64,000 bases of DNA from contig WELA01002708.1 of the NCBI GenBank assembly GCA_009602735.1, forward strand, positions 186,001 through 250,000, written 5' to 3'. Numbering within the stretch: position 1 is the first letter of the stretch; each line of letters starts with the position of its first letter. Positions 18,155 to 28,457 of this stretch are shown one piece after another. The position numbers and the translations under genes were made by a program. This DNA is from Mesotaenium endlicherianum. Taxonomy: Eukaryota. The notes under the pieces were generated by a model. The model searched no databases and was not told where the DNA came from. It was given only the letters and a program-made list of their open reading frames with translations.

Positions 18155-21100
18155 TTATTTAGTAGTTGAATCTTCCGGTAATAATGAAACGGGTTCAAAT
18201 GCCGACCGCTGGCGTACCCAGGCGTAAACAAGCGGCACAATGAACAACGCTGCAAAGGTAGAAGCGGCGAGACCACCGATCACCGCACGGCCCAGTGGTG
18301 CCGATTGATCGCCCGCCTCTCCCAGTCCGCTGGCCATCGGTATCATACCGGCAATCATAGCAAGACTGGTCATGAGAATGGGTCGCAACCTAACACTTGC
18401 CGCCATCACGGCTGCTTTGAACGGGTCTTTATACGTGAGTCGTAATGTTTCGGCATTGGTAACAATCAGGATCGCATTGGCCACCGAAACGCCGGTCGAC
18501 ATGATGATACCCATATATGACTGCAGGTTCAGTGTAGAGCCTGTTGCTAATAGCAACAATAAAGCACCCAACAATACAGCCGGCACGGTAGACAATACTG
18601 AAATGGCCAGTCCGAACGATTGATAATTGGCCGCCAGCAATAACAAGATCACTACCACCGCTGCCAGCAAACCTGTTTGCAATGAGTCCAATGTTTCTGT
18701 TAACAAGGAAGACATCCCTTTGAGTTCCACTACAATGCCTTTGGGTGGTGTTCCTGCCTCTTTGATGATCTTTTGTACTGCAGCAGTAGCCGTACCCAGG
18801 TCTTTCTTATAAATATTGGCACTTACCGTCAGGAATCGCCTGGGTCCTGCCCTATCGTATTCTCCCGGCGCTTCATTAATAGAAATATCGGCCACATCAG
18901 ATAAAAGCGGTCTCGCTTTTCCTTTTACCAATGAAATGGATCGCAACTGCTCCATTGAATTCATCAGGTATTCGGGAATCTGCACCTGCACCTGGTAAGT
19001 ATAAGCTGCATTCTGATCGAGCCATTGTACTTTCTCGGTGAAACGGCTCGATGAAGTGGCATCTGTAATACTTCTCGCTACTTCTGTAAGGCTGAGTCCC
19101 ATTTCCGCCAGCCTCGCCCTGTCGATATTCACCCGGATGGTGGGAAAATGCAAAGGCTGTGCAATCTGCACATCGCGCAGGTAAGGCAACTCCTTCATCC
19201 TGGTAGTCAACTGTGCAGCAACTGTTTTGATCTGGTCGAAATTCTTGCCTGCAACGCGTATCTCAATTGGCGTAGAAGCGCCTTGCGCCATGATCTTCTC
19301 TGTCAGTTCGGCCGGCTCAAAAGACAACCTTACTTCGGGATATGCTTTACCAATATTCTTGCGCAACTCATCCTTCAAATCATCTAACCCGGTCTTGTAT
19401 TCTTCGCTGATATTCACCTGCAAAACCGCTTCGTGTGTACCGCTATTGAAAACATAGAGGTTGCTGGAACCATAACTACTGGGGATCAATCCAACATAAG
19501 CCGAACTAACCGATACATGTCCCTGCACCGTACTATCGATCACATTGAGTATTCCCTTCACCGTTCTTTCTGTTTGTTCCAGTCGGGTACCATCGGGTTC
19601 TTTTATCCGTATCTGCAGCTGCCCGTTGTTGATCTTGGGCAGCAGGTCTTTACCAATGATGTAGAAGCAAATACCCGCTGTGGTGAAACCCAGCAGCAAA
19701 TAAAGGCTGACGATCCTTTTACGTGCAGGCATTTTGTTGCGAAGCCAGGAAGCTAATTTCAATTTAATACGCTGAAAGAAATCGTTGTGTGCTTCTTGCT
19801 TTTCTTCCTCACTGGTATGCACATTGATCTCCCTGACTTCCTCGTTGTCGAGTGCCAGTCCCGCATGAGCATGCGGCTGGCCCGCATGGTACTGGAACAT
19901 CTCTTCTTTCAACAACCAGTTGGAAATAACCGGTACCAGTGTCTGTGCTGCAATAAAGGAGACTATCATCGCGAAGCCGATAGACAGCGAAAGCGGCAGG
20001 AACATGGCTTTGGGTACACCCGTCATCACAAAGGAAGGCGCGAAAACGGCGAGAATACACAAGAGGATCAGCAACAATGGAAATGATATCTCCTGGCAGG
20101 CATCGAGTATCGCCTGTCGTTTGTTCTTACCCATTTCCAGGTGCTGGTGTATATTTTCAATGGTTACCGTGGCCTGGTCAACCAGTACGCCGATGGCCAG
20201 CGCTAGTCCGCTCAGCGTCATGATGTTCACTGTTTGTCCAAACAAGTGCAGACAAAGTACGCTACTCAATACCGATACCGGAATGGTAATGATTACCACG
20301 ATACTGCTGCGCCAGTCCCGCAGGAACAACAGTACCATTAACCCGGTGAGAATAGCACCCAGCACACCTTCCGTCATGAGGCTTTTTACCGCGTTGATCA
20401 CAAAGACCGACTGATCGAACTCGTAACTCACCCTTACATCATCGGGTAAGAGGTTCTGCATTTCGGGCAGTTTTGATTTCAGGTCCTGCACCACGCCCCA
20501 GGTAGAAGCGTCGGCTGTTTTTACTACCGGCAGGTAAACAGAACGTTTACCATTGATCAGCGCATAGTCAACCGTTACGTCCATCGCATCGGCTACTGTA
20601 GCAATATCATGTATGGCCACTGTTGCCGATCCATTGGTAACAATGGGTATGTCTTCAAACTCCTGCACTTTTTCTTCGAGAGAATTCACGGTGGTTACAT
20701 ACATCAGGCTGTCTACCCGCAGGTTGCCCGATGGCGTCATGGCGTTGTTCCTGGATATCGCTTCCACCACCTGGTCGGGCGAGAGATTAAATCGCCTGAG
20801 TTTTTCCGGGTCTACACTTACTACCACTGAACGAGCGTTGGCGCCGAAGGGCGGCGGAGCCGATAAACCGGCCACCGCAGCAAAACTGGGTCGTATACGG
20901 GTAGCCGCGAGGTCGTAAATTTCTTTCAGCGATTTTGTTTTACTGCTGAATACCAACTGGCCTACCGGCAAAGAGGAAGCGTCGAAGCGAACCACCTGTG
21001 GCGGCAAAGCACCTGGGGGAAAGAACTTCGACGCCCGGTTCACTTGCAATGCTACCTGTGCCGATGCTTCGGCCATATCGGTAGATTCGTAGAAAGAGAG

Positions 21101-21370
21101 TTTGATAAGGGTAAGTCCCTGTATGTTCTTGCTCTCAATAGTTTTAATACCGTTCACGTATAGAAACTGATCCTGCATACGGGTGGAAAAGAATCCTTCC
21201 ATTTGCTGTGGCGACATACCGCCATAAGATTCGATCACATAGATCGTGGGCAGGTTCAGCTTGGGAAATATATCGATCGGTATTTTTCTGACAGCCAGCA
21301 CGGCTGCCAGCAGTAGACCTATGAACAGTATCAGCACTGTAATGGGTCTTTTTAATGCTGCTCTTACCAT
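18155..21370 (-). CDS. RND efflux permease (AcrB/AcrD/AcrF superfamily)
   Basis: 1071 aa; IPIDIFP, LSGLALAIGVLVD, RLRPILMT, APLGRAVIGG. Confidence 0.94.
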   Translation of the reverse strand: MVRAALKRPITVLILFIGLLLAAVLAVRKIPIDIFPKLNLPTIYVIESYGGMSPQQMEGFFSTRMQDQFLYVNGIKTIESKNIQGLTLIKLSFYESTDMAEASAQVALQVNRASKFFPPGALPPQVVRFDASSLPVGQLVFSSKTKSLKEIYDLAATRIRPSFAAVAGLSAPPPFGANARSVVVSVDPEKLRRFNLSPDQVVEAISRNNAMTPSGNLRVDSLMYVTTVNSLEEKVQEFEDIPIVTNGSATVAIHDIATVADAMDVTVDYALINGKRSVYLPVVKTADASTWGVVQDLKSKLPEMQNLLPDDVRVSYEFDQSVFVINAVKSLMTEGVLGAILTGLMVLLFLRDWRSSIVVIITIPVSVLSSVLCLHLFGQTVNIMTLSGLALAIGVLVDQATVTIENIHQHLEMGKNKRQAILDACQEISFPLLLILLCILAVFAPSFVMTGVPKAMFLPLSLSIGFAMIVSFIAAQTLVPVISNWLLKEEMFQYHAGQPHAHAGLALDNEEVREINVHTSEEEKQEAHNDFFQRIKLKLASWLRNKMPARKRIVSLYLLLGFTTAGICFYIIGKDLLPKINNGQLQIRIKEPDGTRLEQTERTVKGILNVIDSTVQGHVSVSSAYVGLIPSSYGSSNLYVFNSGTHEAVLQVNISEEYKTGLDDLKDELRKNIGKAYPEVRLSFEPAELTEKIMAQGASTPIEIRVAGKNFDQIKTVAAQLTTRMKELPYLRDVQIAQPLHFPTIRVNIDRARLAEMGLSLTEVARSITDATSSSRFTEKVQWLDQNAAYTYQVQVQIPEYLMNSMEQLRSISLVKGKARPLLSDVADISINEAPGEYDRAGPRRFLTVSANIYKKDLGTATAAVQKIIKEAGTPPKGIVVELKGMSSLLTETLDSLQTGLLAAVVVILLLLAANYQSFGLAISVLSTVPAVLLGALLLLLATGSTLNLQSYMGIIMSTGVSVANAILIVTNAETLRLTYKDPFKAAVMAASVRLRPILMTSLAMIAGMIPMASGLGEAGDQSAPLGRAVIGGLAASTFAALFIVPLVYAWVRQRSAFEPVSLLPEDSTTK

Positions 21371-21372
21371 GC

Positions 21373-22758
21373 TTATTGAATTGTTTGGATGAATGAATGA
21401 AGAGAACCTGTTGCCGCTGCCTTATCCAACCTGGAAAGGAACCAGTCGCTCAGTGTGGTTGCATGATCCGTTTGTGAACGATACAATACATAAGAGGCGT
21501 TGGTAAGATCTATCAGCGAAATCATACCGGCCCTGTATTGGGCCAGTTTTTGCTGGTAAGTGGCTTCGGCCGATTGCAACTGAACCGGTATCTGTTCCAG
21601 GTTCAGCGATGTTGTTTGTAAAGCGAGGTCAGCCTGTCTTGCCTGGCTGTGCAATTGGGCGATGGCCAGGTTGGTTTCCTGTGCACTGGCTTCTGACTGA
21701 AAGCGGTTGATAGCGAGCTTATCGTGTTTGGATGTACTGTTGAACAGGTTATACGTAAAGCCCACTCCCAACATGTAATTGAAACGCTGGTAAGCGAATC
21801 CGTCTGACAGTGCTTTATACTGGTCGTTGTATTCAATACTCGATGCACGCCCCCAGGCTCCTGCAGCCAGTAATATCCTAGGCTGGTAAGACTTGCTGAT
21901 GAGCTTACCTTCTGCATCCACCGCTTCTTTTTTGCGGAGATAATATTGGATCAACGGGTTACCCGAGGTGTCATTGTTGGCCAAGGTATCCAACATCATT
22001 TTGTTGGGCAGTTCTTCTGCCGTGAAATCGATGCCGATCGTTTTGCCCGGTATACCCGTGAGATATCCCAATTGTTCTTTCAACTGGTTGAGCCGGCCCA
22101 GCGTCTGGTTGTAATTGATCTTTGTTCTGGCCAGTTCTGCTTTGGCAAGAGAAGAATCAGCCCCGGGCTTGATACCGCTCAAAGCCAGCGCTTGTATTAC
22201 TCTGAAAATATTTTCATACCTGTCTATGTTCTGCTGATCGGCTTTGAGTTGATACTGGTCCTTACCAATGATCAGGTACAATCTGGCTACTTCATGTTGT
22301 ACAATATAAGCGTCGCGATCAAGATCAGATTGTTTCAACGCCAGGTCTGATTTTGCCCGGTTGATCCTTGCCTGACGAAGTCCGAAATCAACCAGGTCAT
22401 ACTCTCCATATAATACAGCCATGTTACCACTGGCAGCCTGGTAATTACCGTCTTTCCTGATACCTCCCGAAGTGGAAGGTATGCCACCCAGTGGCAAGTA
22501 GCTTCCTGCCAGCGAATTATCGGAGCTCAGATTCAGTTGTTCGCTCAACCGTATCTGGGGCAGCGAACTGTGCTGTGCTTCTGTGATCCCGGCCATACTG
22601 CTGTTGACCAATGCCTTCTTTTGTAAGATCAGGGGCAGGTTCGCAGTAGCGCTGTCGATCAGTTGTTGTAATGTATAATGTTGTTGTGCTTGTGGCGTGT
22701 GAAAAAACAAGAGTGTTATGCACAGCATAAAACCCTTTCTGCTATAGAAAGAACCCAT
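21373..22758 (-). CDS. TolC family outer-membrane channel
   Basis: Signal peptide, coiled-coil repeats, YRAGMISLIDL motif; first gene of the RND operon. Confidence 0.9.
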   Translation of the reverse strand: MGSFYSRKGFMLCITLLFFHTPQAQQHYTLQQLIDSATANLPLILQKKALVNSSMAGITEAQHSSLPQIRLSEQLNLSSDNSLAGSYLPLGGIPSTSGGIRKDGNYQAASGNMAVLYGEYDLVDFGLRQARINRAKSDLALKQSDLDRDAYIVQHEVARLYLIIGKDQYQLKADQQNIDRYENIFRVIQALALSGIKPGADSSLAKAELARTKINYNQTLGRLNQLKEQLGYLTGIPGKTIGIDFTAEELPNKMMLDTLANNDTSGNPLIQYYLRKKEAVDAEGKLISKSYQPRILLAAGAWGRASSIEYNDQYKALSDGFAYQRFNYMLGVGFTYNLFNSTSKHDKLAINRFQSEASAQETNLAIAQLHSQARQADLALQTTSLNLEQIPVQLQSAEATYQQKLAQYRAGMISLIDLTNASYVLYRSQTDHATTLSDWFLSRLDKAAATGSLHSFIQTIQ

Positions 22759-22799
22759 AAAAACTATTTAGATGAAAAAAGGGAATGATTGCAATGGAA

Positions 22800-23183
22800 T
22801 CAGGCCATTGCAGGTGGGCCCCGGTGCTGTGGTAAGTGCACCAGTTTAAAATCATAAGCCGGCGCCTGGTATCCGGTATGTACACTTGTGATGTAATGTA
22901 TAACAGGCAGTTCAGCCGTTACAAAGGGAGTAACAATGATGTCCTGCGGCTGGAATCTTTTGTTCAGCCTGGGTTTGTGATCACCGGCTTTTTTAGGCGT
23001 TGTACTGGTATAATGACGGGAAGCTTTGTCAGTGTCTGCTGTATGCCCTTTTTTGAATAAAGAAAAGGAGCTGGAAATAAGATCGAAATTATAGGTATTC
23101 TCTACCCAAAAAAAAGCACAGTATACCACCATCACTGGCAGGTAAGTCAGAAGTCTCATCAATGGCTTACGTATGTGCGTCAT
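22800..23183 (-). CDS. Leader ORF with N-terminal hydrophobic segment and C-terminal RGPP (candidate ribosome-arrest peptide)
   Basis: 127 aa from ATG 23183; ends ...LPQHRGPPAMA*; stop is 41 nt before tolC ATG; own TACCTTTG promoter. Confidence 0.7.
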   Translation of the reverse strand: MTHIRKPLMRLLTYLPVMVVYCAFFWVENTYNFDLISSSFSLFKKGHTADTDKASRHYTSTTPKKAGDHKPRLNKRFQPQDIIVTPFVTAELPVIHYITSVHTGYQAPAYDFKLVHLPQHRGPPAMA

Positions 23184-23216
23184 TAGTTTTAAAACTGTGC
23201 GGCAGCTTAGGGAGGA

Positions 23217-23224
23217 CAAAGGTA
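23217..23224 (-). promoter_or_regulatory. -7 promoter element (TACCTTTG) for leader ORF/RND operon
   Basis: CAAAGGTA on + strand; lies inside the ORF-track extension, supporting the 23183 start. Confidence 0.65.
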
Positions 23225-23323
23225 AAGAAAGAATGCGAACCTGGCTGATTTTCACATAGTGTTAGTAAACAATTCAGGTATTCCTGCATCCTATTGGTAA
23301 ATTCAGTAACCAAATGAATGGAT

Positions 23324-24040
23324 ATGAAAACCTTATCACAAACCTGGTTTGCCGATGGGTACATCGATTTTGAGCTGAAAAAATACACGCTGCTGGCTTA
23401 TTTACAGGAGATCAACAGTTATTTCAACCAGAACAAGCTCTATCCGCAACTGGCCGACCTCATCTTCCACTATAACAACCTGGTGGCTTTCCGGGAAAAC
23501 AAGAAATACCTGCAGGAGCAGTTTCCCAAGAAGCTGACCGGCATCCAGATCGAAAAATTACAGCTACTGTATGAATCGCTGGTACAGGACGATGAATTGA
23601 TGCAGGAACTGGAAGAAATTATCAATTATGCTTCTTCCAACATGAAACGTACCATTACCAGCGCCACACAGATTTATGAATTTGTAGAAAGCACCCTTAC
23701 CATCGAGCCCATCGGTATTATGCCGATGGATCATACAGAAGGATATTTCATGCTTTGTGAAGGAGCTTGTAAGAATACCTGGGTGTACCAGTACCGGCTC
23801 AGTATTTTTGAAAAACATGATGAGAAATACCGCAGCATCAAGACCGAGTTCGTAGATGTATGGCAGCGGAACTTCGTCAACTCTTACCAAAGTATCAAAG
23901 CACAACTGATCAAGAACAGATCGGACTTCCCCAACCCTGCTGTGTACTCGGTAGAAACTGCGCTCACCATTCCAATGGAAGAGACATTGTTGCCCATAGC
24001 GAAGAGAAGCTTGGTGAAGTTTATTTCGCTCGAAGAGTAG
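23324..24040 (+). CDS. Conserved hypothetical protein
   Basis: IDFELKKYTLLAYLQ...ETLLPIAKR; well-formed ORF with host-like codon usage; function not recognised. Confidence 0.8.
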   Translation: MKTLSQTWFADGYIDFELKKYTLLAYLQEINSYFNQNKLYPQLADLIFHYNNLVAFRENKKYLQEQFPKKLTGIQIEKLQLLYESLVQDDELMQELEEIINYASSNMKRTITSATQIYEFVESTLTIEPIGIMPMDHTEGYFMLCEGACKNTWVYQYRLSIFEKHDEKYRSIKTEFVDVWQRNFVNSYQSIKAQLIKNRSDFPNPAVYSVETALTIPMEETLLPIAKRSLVKFISLEE

Positions 24041-24097
24041 TTGTTAGATGTTAGTTGTCAGAAAGAAATTCATCTGACAACTAACATCTAACAATTA
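24038..24097. repeat. Heptamer-built inverted repeat, copy B
   Basis: Perfect 22-bp arms TTGTTAGATGTTAGTTGTCAGA (24041-24062) / TCTGACAACTAACATCTAACAA (24073-24094); begins in the TAG stop. Confidence 0.9.
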
Positions 24098-24098
24098 T

Positions 24099-27023
24099 TC
24101 AATATCCTAGTCCCCAATCCCTACCCTTAATCACTGCAGGAACACCTTCGCTGATCCACTTAGCAGGTTTTTCTCCTTTGAGGAGATAATCGAAAAATTG
24201 CTGTTCGCGTACCTGTATGTCTTTGCGGTTCTTTCTTTCTATGAGGTTATGGGCTTCATTGTTGTAATTCAGCATCCACACTTTCTTACCTAAACGTCGC
24301 ATGCCGGTGTACATTTCAATGCCTTGATACCAAGGTACAGCATCATCAGCATCATTGGCCATGATCACCAGTGGTGTGGTTACTTTGGGCAAAGAGAACA
24401 GCGCTGAATTCTGTAAATAGCGTTCGGGCTTCTCCCATAAAGTAGCGCCGATACGACTCTGTGTTTTTTCATACTGGAACTGCCTGTTGAGTCCTGTTCC
24501 CCAGCGAATGCCACCATAAGCACTGGTCATATTGGCTACCGGTGCACCGGCCCAGGCGGCTGCGTATAAATTGGTTTTGGTAATCAGGTACACAATCTGG
24601 TATCCGCCCCAGCTTTGTCCCTGTAAGCCGATGCGCGTGCTGTCAACAAATCCCTGTTTTACCACAGCCCTTGTTCCGCTTACTATATAATCGTAAGCGC
24701 TTTGCCCGGGATACCCTGTTTTGTACCAGATATCGGGTACGAATACAATATAACCGCGGCTGACAAAGAATGAAATGTTCAACCGTGAAGGCGTAGGCGC
24801 CGGTGCAATATAATTGTTCAGTGTGTTGTTATTCCGCTCATAGAAATATACGATCATGGGATATTTCTTGTGCGAATCGAACCCTTCGGGTTTATACAAC
24901 ACACCTTCCGTTTCTTTTCCTGTATAAGCTTTCCATTTGAACAACTCGGCTGTTCCCCAGTTATAGTCTGCCTGTTGACGGTTGATATTGGATAACCTGC
25001 TCGCAGTGGTTACCTGCAAAGGTTGCACATAAAGGTTCGGCGATTCGGTGTATGATTCTTTGGTGTAACTGATCACCCCTGCATTTTTTGCTTTCTGGAT
25101 AACCAGGCCCAGGCTCTTCGGCTCCTTGAACAGCACTGTTGTTTCCTGCTGTTTAGCCAAATTGAGCAGGGCAATGCCGCTGCCTTTATCTTTTTCATCA
25201 TAAAGGCGCAGCAGCAGTTGTTGAGAATCTTTGATGATGCGTTCGTCGGGATCCGTATTCACATAACGTAACTGTATTTTATCTTTCCGGCCATTGGTCA
25301 GGCGAATCGATTTTTCTTTTCCTTCAGCGTCTACTTTCCAGATATCATATCGATCATACACCAACACATACTGGTCGTTCTCCATCCATTTCACCACACC
25401 ATAGGCATTGGGATCGTCGGGCACATCATTGTCTTCGTCGTATAATTTGGAAGTGATATCGGCAGCAACAGGATGGAGTTGTCCGCTTACAGCACTATAC
25501 ACATAATAATGCTGTTTGCGCTCATCGAAGAACAGCAGGTATTTACCGGAATAGGAAGGATACAATGCCGTTCCTTTCAGGTCTTTCCTGATCAGCGTAA
25601 CTACACCACTCTCAGGGTTGATGCGGTATACATCGTTCAAACTAAAGCCCTGCCATTGCGTGGCGATGCGTTTCCCATCATCTGCTGTTCCGTAAAACCA
25701 TTGGCCATCTCCCTCTCCTGTTGACACTACCTGGCGCATTTTATCCGTAGCCAGTTGTATTACTTCATTATTCACCAGATCAGCCCTTGCGAGGTAATTG
25801 TGCTTCAGTTCATTGTCGAGGTTTTTCAATTGCACCGGCTGGATATAATCATCTTTATAATGCCATATATCTACGTTCACCCTTTCAAACTCAGGCAGGC
25901 TGGTATCTTTTGCAGGCAATATGGGAGCAGTTCCAAAGAAAAGTCTTGCTCCGTTTTTGCTGAAACTGATATTGCTGTTCTCACTCACCGTCCAGTTGGC
26001 GGGAATGCCTTTTGTTTTCCTGTCTGCCACAACTACTGCACTATCGGCGCCGGTTTTGTAATAATATAACCGGTAAAATTTCTGCAGGGCTTTACTACTG
26101 CTGTCACGCTCCGCTACAAATGCAAGTTGATTGCCTGCTTCATCGAATTGATATCCTTTGGCATCATTGAAACCAACAAGAATGGTATGATGCGTGCGTT
26201 GATCGAGGTTGAAATATATAACGGATGCTTTCTGTGAAGGATCATTGTTTTTCCGGGTGGTTTCCAACACCAGCGCATTGCCTTTCCTGTTAAAAAAATA
26301 TTCACTCACCTGGTGGAATGTACGTGTTTCCCCGGTAGCCAGGTTGGTAAGGACCAGGTCGGTGCCCTCTTCAATGGGTTCGTCTGGCGTTTTAGTTGTT
26401 GTGTTACGCGAAGCTTTTACCTGTAACTCACCCATGCCTTTTTCTTTGGCTGCATTGGCTTTGTTGCGCAGGCTATCTGCTGCATGTGCAAGACTGTCGG
26501 CCATGGTCAGCAGGTTGTTGATACGAGTCAATGAATCGACTGGTAACAGTCTGTTCGTTTCCGGCAATGCTTTTTCCAGCAAGTAGGCCAGCCAGGTCCC
26601 TGTTTCATCTGGCATTTTGAAACTCTTCACCCCGGCCATTTTCGTAACACGGCCGGTAACCAGGTCTATCATGCCAAGGCTATCCTTAGGCATGTCTTCT
26701 GGCTTCTTCTTTTTAATGCGCGCGTCGCGGGTGTCTTTGAATGGAGGTTTAATGCGACAGATCACAAAGCGATTATCGTTCGAAACAACTGCACTGTATC
26801 CCCGGGCTATTTCCTGCTTATAAGAACCATTCACAGCCTGGATCACCAGCACGCCATCACCTTCCTGCGGGTTGATGGTATAAGCTACATACTTTCCATC
26901 GTTACTAATGGTTCTTTCGGTGATGGATTGCCATTGGTCATACACAGAATGATCCAATGGCTTTTTCTGTGCATAAACGGTTACAGCACAAAGACAGACA
27001 ATAGCCGGCAGTAGTTTTTTCAT
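24099..27023 (-). CDS. S9 family (prolyl oligopeptidase/acylaminoacyl) peptidase
   Basis: Signal peptide, beta-propeller region, GQSWGG nucleophile, DDAVP Asp, EAH His. Confidence 0.92.
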   Translation of the reverse strand: MKKLLPAIVCLCAVTVYAQKKPLDHSVYDQWQSITERTISNDGKYVAYTINPQEGDGVLVIQAVNGSYKQEIARGYSAVVSNDNRFVICRIKPPFKDTRDARIKKKKPEDMPKDSLGMIDLVTGRVTKMAGVKSFKMPDETGTWLAYLLEKALPETNRLLPVDSLTRINNLLTMADSLAHAADSLRNKANAAKEKGMGELQVKASRNTTTKTPDEPIEEGTDLVLTNLATGETRTFHQVSEYFFNRKGNALVLETTRKNNDPSQKASVIYFNLDQRTHHTILVGFNDAKGYQFDEAGNQLAFVAERDSSSKALQKFYRLYYYKTGADSAVVVADRKTKGIPANWTVSENSNISFSKNGARLFFGTAPILPAKDTSLPEFERVNVDIWHYKDDYIQPVQLKNLDNELKHNYLARADLVNNEVIQLATDKMRQVVSTGEGDGQWFYGTADDGKRIATQWQGFSLNDVYRINPESGVVTLIRKDLKGTALYPSYSGKYLLFFDERKQHYYVYSAVSGQLHPVAADITSKLYDEDNDVPDDPNAYGVVKWMENDQYVLVYDRYDIWKVDAEGKEKSIRLTNGRKDKIQLRYVNTDPDERIIKDSQQLLLRLYDEKDKGSGIALLNLAKQQETTVLFKEPKSLGLVIQKAKNAGVISYTKESYTESPNLYVQPLQVTTASRLSNINRQQADYNWGTAELFKWKAYTGKETEGVLYKPEGFDSHKKYPMIVYFYERNNNTLNNYIAPAPTPSRLNISFFVSRGYIVFVPDIWYKTGYPGQSAYDYIVSGTRAVVKQGFVDSTRIGLQGQSWGGYQIVYLITKTNLYAAAWAGAPVANMTSAYGGIRWGTGLNRQFQYEKTQSRIGATLWEKPERYLQNSALFSLPKVTTPLVIMANDADDAVPWYQGIEMYTGMRRLGKKVWMLNYNNEAHNLIERKNRKDIQVREQQFFDYLLKGEKPAKWISEGVPAVIKGRDWGLGY

Positions 27024-27107
27024 CTAGTCGAGGTTTGAAAGCGTCCGAAGATACTCAAACAATCTGCCCCCCAACTTTATGCACTTTGGAAATGTGATGA
27101 GTGGGTG

Positions 27108-27146
27108 AATGCAAAGAACATCCCTGCGGGGGATGCTCTTTGCATT
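27108..27146 (-). terminator. Hairpin downstream of icd (probable terminator)
   Basis: AATGCAAAGAACATCCC / GGGATGCTCTTTGCATT, 17-bp stem with one wobble, 13 nt after the icd stop. Confidence 0.65.
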
Positions 27147-27159
27147 TTATCCGAAAATT

Positions 27160-28392
27160 TTATTTACCCAGTTTGGCTTTCAGGTTCTGGTCCAGCGCAT
27201 CGAGGAATTCCTCGGTGTACAGGTAATGTTCACCATGGTTCACTTTATTGCCATGGATACATACAGCGAGGTCTTTGGTCATCTTACCACTTTCCACTGT
27301 TTCTACACATACCTGCTCCAGTGCTTGACAGAAATTGATCAGCTCCTGGTTACCATCCAGCTTACCACGGAATTCCAGTCCACGTGTCCATGCAAAGATG
27401 GAAGCGATGGGGTTGGTAGAAGTAGGCTTCCCTTTCTGGTATTCGCGGTAGTGACGTGTTACGGTACCGTGTGCGGCTTCAGCTTCCATCACTTTGCCAT
27501 CGGGTGTTACCAGTGTGGAAGTCATCAGTCCGAGTGAACCGAAACCTTGTGCAACTGTATCACTTTGCACATCCCCATCGTAGTTTTTACAAGCCCATAC
27601 GAAATTACCATGCCATTTCAGTGCACTAGCCACCATGTCATCGATCAGACGGTGTTCGTAAGTGATACCGGCTGCATCGAAAGCAGCTTTGAATTCTTTC
27701 TGGTAAATGTCTTCAAAAATATCTTTGAAACGGCCATCGTATTTTTTAAGGATGGTGTTCTTGGTAGAAAGATACAGGGGCCATTTTTTCATCAGGGCCT
27801 GGTTGAAGCAGGCGCGTGCAAATCCCTGGATACTTTCATCGGTATTGTACATGGTGAGGGCTACGCCATCGCCTTTGAAATTGTACACTTCGAATTCCTG
27901 AACGGTTCCGTCTTCTCCTTCGAATTTAACGGTGAGCTTGCCCTTTCCTTTGGTCACAAAATCGGTGGCGCGGTACTGGTCGCCAAAAGCATGACGGCCA
28001 ATGCAGATGGGGGCAGTCCAGTTGGGCACCAGCCTGGGCACATTGGAACAAACGATGGGCTCACGGAAAACGGTACCATCGAGAATGTTACGAATGGTTC
28101 CGTTCGGGCTCTTCCACATTTGTTTCAGGTTGAATTCTTTCACACGCGCTTCATCGGGTGTGATGGTAGCACATTTGATACCAACGCCATATTGCCTGAT
28201 GGCATTGGCCGCATCTATCGTTACCTGGTCGTTTGTCTCATCACGGTATTCCACGCCAAGGTCATAGTATTTGATGTCAACTTCAATATAAGGAAGTATC
28301 AGTTTTTCTTTGATGAATTTCCAGATGATCCTTGTCATCTCATCTCCATCCAGTTCCACGACCGGATTAGCTACTTTGATTTTTTGTGGCAT
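27160..28392 (-). CDS. icd: NADP-dependent isocitrate dehydrogenase
   Basis: [47 protein letters not shown]. Confidence 0.97.
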   Translation of the reverse strand: MPQKIKVANPVVELDGDEMTRIIWKFIKEKLILPYIEVDIKYYDLGVEYRDETNDQVTIDAANAIRQYGVGIKCATITPDEARVKEFNLKQMWKSPNGTIRNILDGTVFREPIVCSNVPRLVPNWTAPICIGRHAFGDQYRATDFVTKGKGKLTVKFEGEDGTVQEFEVYNFKGDGVALTMYNTDESIQGFARACFNQALMKKWPLYLSTKNTILKKYDGRFKDIFEDIYQKEFKAAFDAAGITYEHRLIDDMVASALKWHGNFVWACKNYDGDVQSDTVAQGFGSLGLMTSTLVTPDGKVMEAEAAHGTVTRHYREYQKGKPTSTNPIASIFAWTRGLEFRGKLDGNQELINFCQALEQVCVETVESGKMTKDLAVCIHGNKVNHGEHYLYTEEFLDALDQNLKAKLGK

Positions 28393-28424
28393 GAACGATT
28401 GCTTTTATTGATTGTAAAACGGAG

Positions 28425-28432
28425 CAAATGTA
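28425..28432 (-). promoter_or_regulatory. -7 promoter element (TACATTTG) upstream of icd
   Basis: CAAATGTA on + strand, 32 nt from icd ATG. Confidence 0.6.
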
Positions 28433-28457
28433 CGTCAAATGAAGTTTCAAAATTTGG

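Noticed and set aside
23184..23255. Longer start for the RGPP leader (and similar extensions at 14137, 36301, 42402, 46083, 51720, 61381, 62773)
   Set aside because: Extensions run through promoter boxes, repeats or neighbouring genes; downstream ATGs give proper signal peptides or domain starts
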